A stretch of DNA of 64,000 nt from an uncultured bacterium. GTDB taxonomy: Bacteria > Oederibacteriota > PGYV01 > CAWJRG01. This document shows positions 59,514-64,000 of the stretch, piece by piece. How positions within the stretch are numbered: position 1 is the first letter of the stretch; each line of letters begins with the position of its first letter. Position numbers and translations under genes: made by a program. Location: positions 288,001-352,000 of the forward strand of contig CAWJRG010000010.1 in NCBI GenBank assembly GCA_963845185.1. Reading direction: 5' to 3'. Below the pieces are notes generated by a model that did no database searches, had not been told where the DNA came from, and saw only the letters and a list, made by a program, of their open reading frames with translations.

Positions 59514-60391
59514 TCAAAATCCCTGCATCAGTTTAATCACTATGGGCCCGAAAAGCACTATGAACACGACCGGGAATATGAAAAGCAGCAGCGGGATCAG
59601 GAGTTTGACCGGCGCTTCGTACGCTTTCTTTTTCAGGGACTGGAACCTCTTGTTCCTCATTTCCTCGGCCTGCGACCTCAGGATTTCCTTGATATTGCCG
59701 CCCATTTTTTCCGCCTGTATAAAAATACCGGCAAAGCTGTCCATTTCTTTCAATTTCCATCTTGAGGAAAGCTCCAGCATAGCCTCTTCAAAACTTTTGC
59801 CAAGCTGGATTTTTTTGATTGTCACGGCCATCTCTTTTGCGAACTCATTCTTTGTTTTTTGCCCGCTTTTATCCCCTTCTTCCGCGTAGCGTGAAATTGC
59901 CTGGTTCAGGGAAAGGCCGCCTTCAATGCTGGCGGTAATTATATCAATCGCGTCCGGTAATTCTTTCAGGATAAGTTCCTGCTTTTCGGCCACTTTATTT
60001 TTTAAAATCATGGAAGGAATAAAAAACCCGAATATTCCCGCGGCAACACCCAAAACCGCGCTGTCAAAAAGCAGCAATCCCGTTATAAACAGGGCCAGCG
60101 CGCTTGCCTGCTGCAATAAAAGGAAAGTTTCGGCTGTCAGCTTGTTCTCCATGTTTAATTTTTGAATATCAAAAGATATATTGCGGTATTTTTTGCCGCC
60201 GGCCAGTTTTTTGTTGGCTGCAATGATATTATCCCTTAAATACAGCATGAAGTCCTTTGCCTTATTGTAATAGGACACGTAGAACTGCCCTGGATGGCTT
60301 TTAAGGTTTTTTGCCTGTGCAGGATAACGGCTATAGCGTAAGTGCATGTTGCCGCTGATATGAATATTATGACTGTTAAAATTAATGCCAT
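59514..60391 (-). CDS. tadC: Type II secretion F family pilus assembly protein TadC; apparent 1-bp frameshift near the 5' end
   Basis: LPDAIDII..IEGGLS, APVKLLIPL..FIFP; RBS plus ATG at 60391 encodes a TM helix in a different frame from ORF 59514-60347. Confidence 0.8.
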
Positions 60392-60400
60392 ATTTTTCCT

Positions 60401-61237
60401 CTAATTGATGGTGACTATTTTTTTTATTATTAAGGCGCCTATGGATTCCATGATAACCACGGCTATCAGCATGATGTTTCCGGCTGTTGTGGTAAATAAA
60501 GGCGTCACGAACTGCGGGTCAATAAAAAATATTATTACAAGCAAAAACAGGGGTAGCATCCCTACTATTATTCCCGACATAACCCCCTGCGAAGTCATGG
60601 CTTTTAATTCCCTTTTTAACTCTTCCCTTTTCCGTATGGTGGCAAGTATGTTGCCCAGAACATGCGTAATATTGCCGCCTGTTTCCATGGACGTGTTTAT
60701 CGCGGCTATGAATATTTCATTTTCTTTAAGCGGCACTCGTTCCTTAAGCCCGTTTAATGCCTGTGAAATGCTTTGCCCGAGCTCTATTTTCCTGATAACC
60801 ATGTTTATTTCGGCACTTATTGCGCCGTCGTTTTTTTCAGCTTTTACCTGGAATGCCTTGACTATGCTCAATCCCGCCTTTAAGCTGCTTAATATGGATT
60901 CGATGAAATCCGGCAGCTGGCTGTAATACTCATCAATGTATTTTTTTTGTTTTAAGTTGACATATATTTTCGGCGCGGCTATTGCCGCCGCCGCCCCAAG
61001 GATTAAGACTGAAACTTTCATTGTTATTAAAAACAGCGCCGCGGTTGCCGCGGCAATCATGGCTTCAGTCCTGAAAATCTCCCCTTTGCCGACTTTAATC
61101 AGGCTTGTTTTGATAAAATTATTTATATCGCTTTTATATTTCGTCATTATGTCCGATATTTTTTTTATTATTTCCCCGTTGTAATAAACCGCTATGGCTA
61201 TTGCGGCGAATATCGCCGCGCATATGGTAATTTTCAT
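60401..61237 (-). CDS. tadB: Type II secretion F family pilus assembly protein TadB
   Basis: QLPDFIE....SLKAGLS, ETGGNI..VL, AMTSQG. Confidence 0.88.
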   Translation of the reverse strand: MKITICAAIFAAIAIAVYYNGEIIKKISDIMTKYKSDINNFIKTSLIKVGKGEIFRTEAMIAAATAALFLITMKVSVLILGAAAAIAAPKIYVNLKQKKYIDEYYSQLPDFIESILSSLKAGLSIVKAFQVKAEKNDGAISAEINMVIRKIELGQSISQALNGLKERVPLKENEIFIAAINTSMETGGNITHVLGNILATIRKREELKRELKAMTSQGVMSGIIVGMLPLFLLVIIFFIDPQFVTPLFTTTAGNIMLIAVVIMESIGALIIKKIVTIN

Positions 61238-61238
61238 T

Positions 61239-62252
61239 TTAAAACTGCCTCAAAAACCTTATGTCGTTTTCAAAAAACAGGCGCATGTCGTCAATCCTGT
61301 ATTTCAGCATCGCTATCCTCTCGACCCCCATGCCGAACGCGAACCCTGTGTATTTCTCGGCGTCGTAATTGACGTTTTTAAAAACGTCGGGGTGTATCAT
61401 GCCCGACCCGAGTATTTCAAGCCAGCCCGTATTTTTGCAGATTGCGCAACCCTTGCCCTTGCAGCTCACGCACTGCACGTCAACCTCGGCTGACGGCTCG
61501 GTAAACGGGAAAAAGCTGGGCCTGAACCTGACTTTCAGTTCCTTGCCGAATATTTCCTGCGTGAACATTTCCAATACGCCCTTAAGGTCGGAAAAGCGTA
61601 CTCCCTCGTCTACCATGAAGCCCTCCACCTGGTGGAACACCGGCGAATGCGACGCGTCGGCTGCGTCCTTTCTGTAAACCCTGCCCGGCGCGAGTATTTT
61701 AAGAGGCGGCTTGCATTTCTCCATAACCCTTATCTGTATCGGGGATGTATGCGTCCTTAAAATATATTCATCGTCTATCGTAAAAGTGTCGTGCATGTCC
61801 CTTGCCGGGTGGTCCGCCGGGAAATTCAAGGCTTCAAAATTGTAATAATTTTTCTCTATGTCCGGCCCGTCCGCGACAGAGAAACCCATTCTTAAAAAAA
61901 TGGACTTGATTTCCTCCATGGTCTTTATCAACGGGTGCTGTGTGCCTTTTGCTATCGAGTAGGCAGGCAGGGTAATGTCGAAATCTTTCAGGTTTTTTGT
62001 CTTTTGAAGCTCAATTAATTTTCTTTCGGCTTCGGCAAAAACAGACTCGAAATAACTTTTTATTTCGTTGAAATATTTGCCTTTGTTTATTTTTTCCTGC
62101 TTACCTCCAATATCCTTAAGCGATGAAAACAGGCCGGTAATGACACCGCTCCTGCCCGTATATTTTGCCTTGAACTGGTTTAATGATGCGGTGTCCTGTA
62201 CTGCGCCGGCATCCTTATTTATCTGTTCTTTCATGTCCTTATCAATGTCCAT
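61239..62252 (-). CDS. pheS: Phenylalanine--tRNA ligase alpha subunit
   Basis: HPARDMHDTF, LRTHTS, FRPSFFPFTEPS, GFAFGMGVER. Confidence 0.98.
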   Translation of the reverse strand: MDIDKDMKEQINKDAGAVQDTASLNQFKAKYTGRSGVITGLFSSLKDIGGKQEKINKGKYFNEIKSYFESVFAEAERKLIELQKTKNLKDFDITLPAYSIAKGTQHPLIKTMEEIKSIFLRMGFSVADGPDIEKNYYNFEALNFPADHPARDMHDTFTIDDEYILRTHTSPIQIRVMEKCKPPLKILAPGRVYRKDAADASHSPVFHQVEGFMVDEGVRFSDLKGVLEMFTQEIFGKELKVRFRPSFFPFTEPSAEVDVQCVSCKGKGCAICKNTGWLEILGSGMIHPDVFKNVNYDAEKYTGFAFGMGVERIAMLKYRIDDMRLFFENDIRFLRQF

Positions 62253-62368
62253 TGTGACCTTGACCTCATATAATATGCGATGTCCACCATACTAGGTGGA
62301 TAAATAAAAAAATCGGGTATAACCCGATTCGTATTATATAAAGCTTTACCGGCTTTGTAAAGTTCTTT

Positions 62369-62578
62369 GTGGAGCTACTATTAACAAATATTCTTATATG
62401 CTCCCTTGATAGCGTTTATTTTGTCTAGCCAAAGGCGACAGTTAAATAGTCTTGTAGACTATTTGACGGGTAGTTTCCATAAGTTATTAATATAAAACTA
62501 CCCTAAATATTACGCTATCAGGTACCCGCTCTAGTCCGAGGCTTTAGCCGAGGACAAGCGGTACCTAGGTGGGATTAA
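62369..62578 (+). repeat. Modular hairpin repeat, copy H (composite, nested sub-module 62441-62503)
   Basis: Starts like copy G, contains both hairpins of copies B-E and the insert seen in B, ends GGGATTAA. Confidence 0.85.
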
Positions 62579-62582
62579 ACCT

Positions 62583-62611
62583 AAAAAAGCCCTGTTTTTA
62601 CAGGGCTTTTT
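62583..62611 (-). terminator. Rho-independent terminator
   Basis: AAAAAGCCCTGT-loop-ACAGGGCTTTTT overlapping the stop of the small upstream gene. Confidence 0.75.
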
Positions 62612-62771
62612 CTTTTCTTGCCTTTATTCTCTTTTCTTTTTTGCCTTCTCTTCTTCGGGCAATATTATACAGGATATACGCGCTTATTGCCCCTGTCTTT
62701 TCAAAAGCTCTCCAAAGTTCCTGAACGTAAATTTCCGATTCTTTCTTTTCTATGTTATTCGTCATTTTCAT
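62598..62771 (-). CDS. YqzL-like small protein
   Basis: W.AFEKTG.I.AY.LY matches the YqzL pattern; has own promoter and terminator. Confidence 0.7.
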   Translation of the reverse strand: MKMTNNIEKKESEIYVQELWRAFEKTGAISAYILYNIARRREGKKEKRIKARKEKAL

Positions 62772-62809
62772 CTCTCGCTCCCTCACCACAAGGTTTTGAT
62801 TTCCTATCA

Positions 62810-62837
62810 ATTATACCATATTTTTCTCAATTGTCAA
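62810..62837 (-). promoter_or_regulatory. Sigma70 promoter, extended -10
   Basis: TTGACA-16 nt-TATAAT with TG. Confidence 0.75.
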
Positions 62838-62945
62838 GTTTACGTGGATTGCGGTGTTTACAGGGATTGCGTTCCTGTATCGGGATTGCAATAGGAGAAG
62901 TTGTACCCACGCCCCGCTGAATTTCAACATAAACTCAATTCAATA

Positions 62946-63746
62946 TTATATAATCCTCAATGGTTTTTCTGTTATATATTTTAATGCCTCTCTATTTCTT
63001 ATGTGACGTTTGTCTTTAAGTAAACTATACGGACCATTCATTCGTAGTCCTTTTTTAATTTCATACTTTCTTTTTATCTTAAAAATTTCATTTTTCCTAA
63101 CAGGATGATTTTCAAAGCATCCAAAAATAAGAGTTCTTCTCATTTTTGGGGTAAATTTGATTATACTGGATGGTTTATACCAAAAATCGCCTTTATCTAA
63201 TGATAAATTTTTTTCTTTTTCATACATACATTTGAAGGTAAAAATTTCACTTTTTTTACTGAATTCCTGCCATGCAATGAAATTTTTTATAACGTCTCTG
63301 GAATTTATATATCCGAGATCTGTTTTTATTTCAAGTAATGCAATAGCTTCAAAAACATCAGCGCTTTCTTGTTTTTTTATAGAGGAAAATTTTTCAAATA
63401 ATTTATTGTTTTGATTTGTGACCTTTTCAATTAAATTTATATTTGTGAATTTGCTTGAATTTGTTTTTTTCACAACCAGAATATCCGGATATTTGCTTTT
63501 TCTTCTATGCATTTTTCTGACTTTTGTAAGTCCACAATCAACTAGTACAAAGTAATCTTTTCTATTTCTTAATAGCCTTAAAATTTCTTGACCTATATAT
63601 AAACAAAGATATTGGCCAAGACTGAAAGTCCGTCCAAAAATAAGATTATTACTTCCTCTTTTCCTCATGGAAAGAAATTCTTTATTTTGTTGAACAAATT
63701 TATCGACAATATTATGCATATTTTTTTCTTGTAAGTACAGTTTCAT
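62946..63746 (-). CDS. AT-rich hypothetical protein with a PD-(D/E)XK-like motif
   Basis: YPDILVV ... LLEIKT; GGAG RBS. Confidence 0.6.
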   Translation of the reverse strand: MKLYLQEKNMHNIVDKFVQQNKEFLSMRKRGSNNLIFGRTFSLGQYLCLYIGQEILRLLRNRKDYFVLVDCGLTKVRKMHRRKSKYPDILVVKKTNSSKFTNINLIEKVTNQNNKLFEKFSSIKKQESADVFEAIALLEIKTDLGYINSRDVIKNFIAWQEFSKKSEIFTFKCMYEKEKNLSLDKGDFWYKPSSIIKFTPKMRRTLIFGCFENHPVRKNEIFKIKRKYEIKKGLRMNGPYSLLKDKRHIRNREALKYITEKPLRII

Positions 63747-64000
63747 AGTTTTAATTCTCCATAGCTATACTTATAAATTCTTTTTATTCTACTGATACAG
63801 TTATCATTAATCATACTCTACGGTGGCCCCGTCTGTCAGCTTGCTGATTTTCGGAAACGATGTTATTATAACCCTGATTTTTCCATTATTCCATCAAAAA
63901 CCTCACTTATTGCTCCTTAAAATCCATATCTTTTTTGCTATTATTTCCCATGGATTAGCGTATTCGTTGACTTCCTCAGTCAACACTTGATATATCTCCA

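Noticed and set aside
62253..62580. T-box leader upstream of pheS
   Set aside because: No T-box AAGGTGGNACC antiterminator on the minus strand; the structured part is repeat copy H and lies upstream of the likely promoter.

Overview
A 64-kb bacterial chromosomal segment with almost every gene on the minus strand; the only convincing plus-strand CDS is 43971-44399. The housekeeping backbone comprises typA, a glycine cleavage/lipoylation operon (gcvT-H-PA-PB, lipoate ligase, lipA), rpsB-tsf-pyrH-frr-uppS-cdsA-dxr-rseP-ispG-proS, glyQS, trxA, parAB, pheS and tRNA-Ala(GGC). Accessory parts are: a type I restriction-modification locus with two embedded AT-rich candidate defence genes; an approximately 3.9-kb islet inserted between cdsA and dxr; an IS1182 inserted in the centre of a REP palindrome; cyclic-nucleotide signalling genes, some with altered motifs; orphan tadB/tadC after pheS; and a PD-(D/E)XK-like ORF. 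The most striking non-coding signals are (i) eight co-oriented, modular intergenic hairpin elements with covarying stems, including one sub-module nested at different positions in two copies, and (ii) a stand-alone structured sRNA candidate of about 220 nt with its own promoter and terminator. Product calls come from motif recognition by eye; no database searches were run and the organism cannot be assigned from this window.
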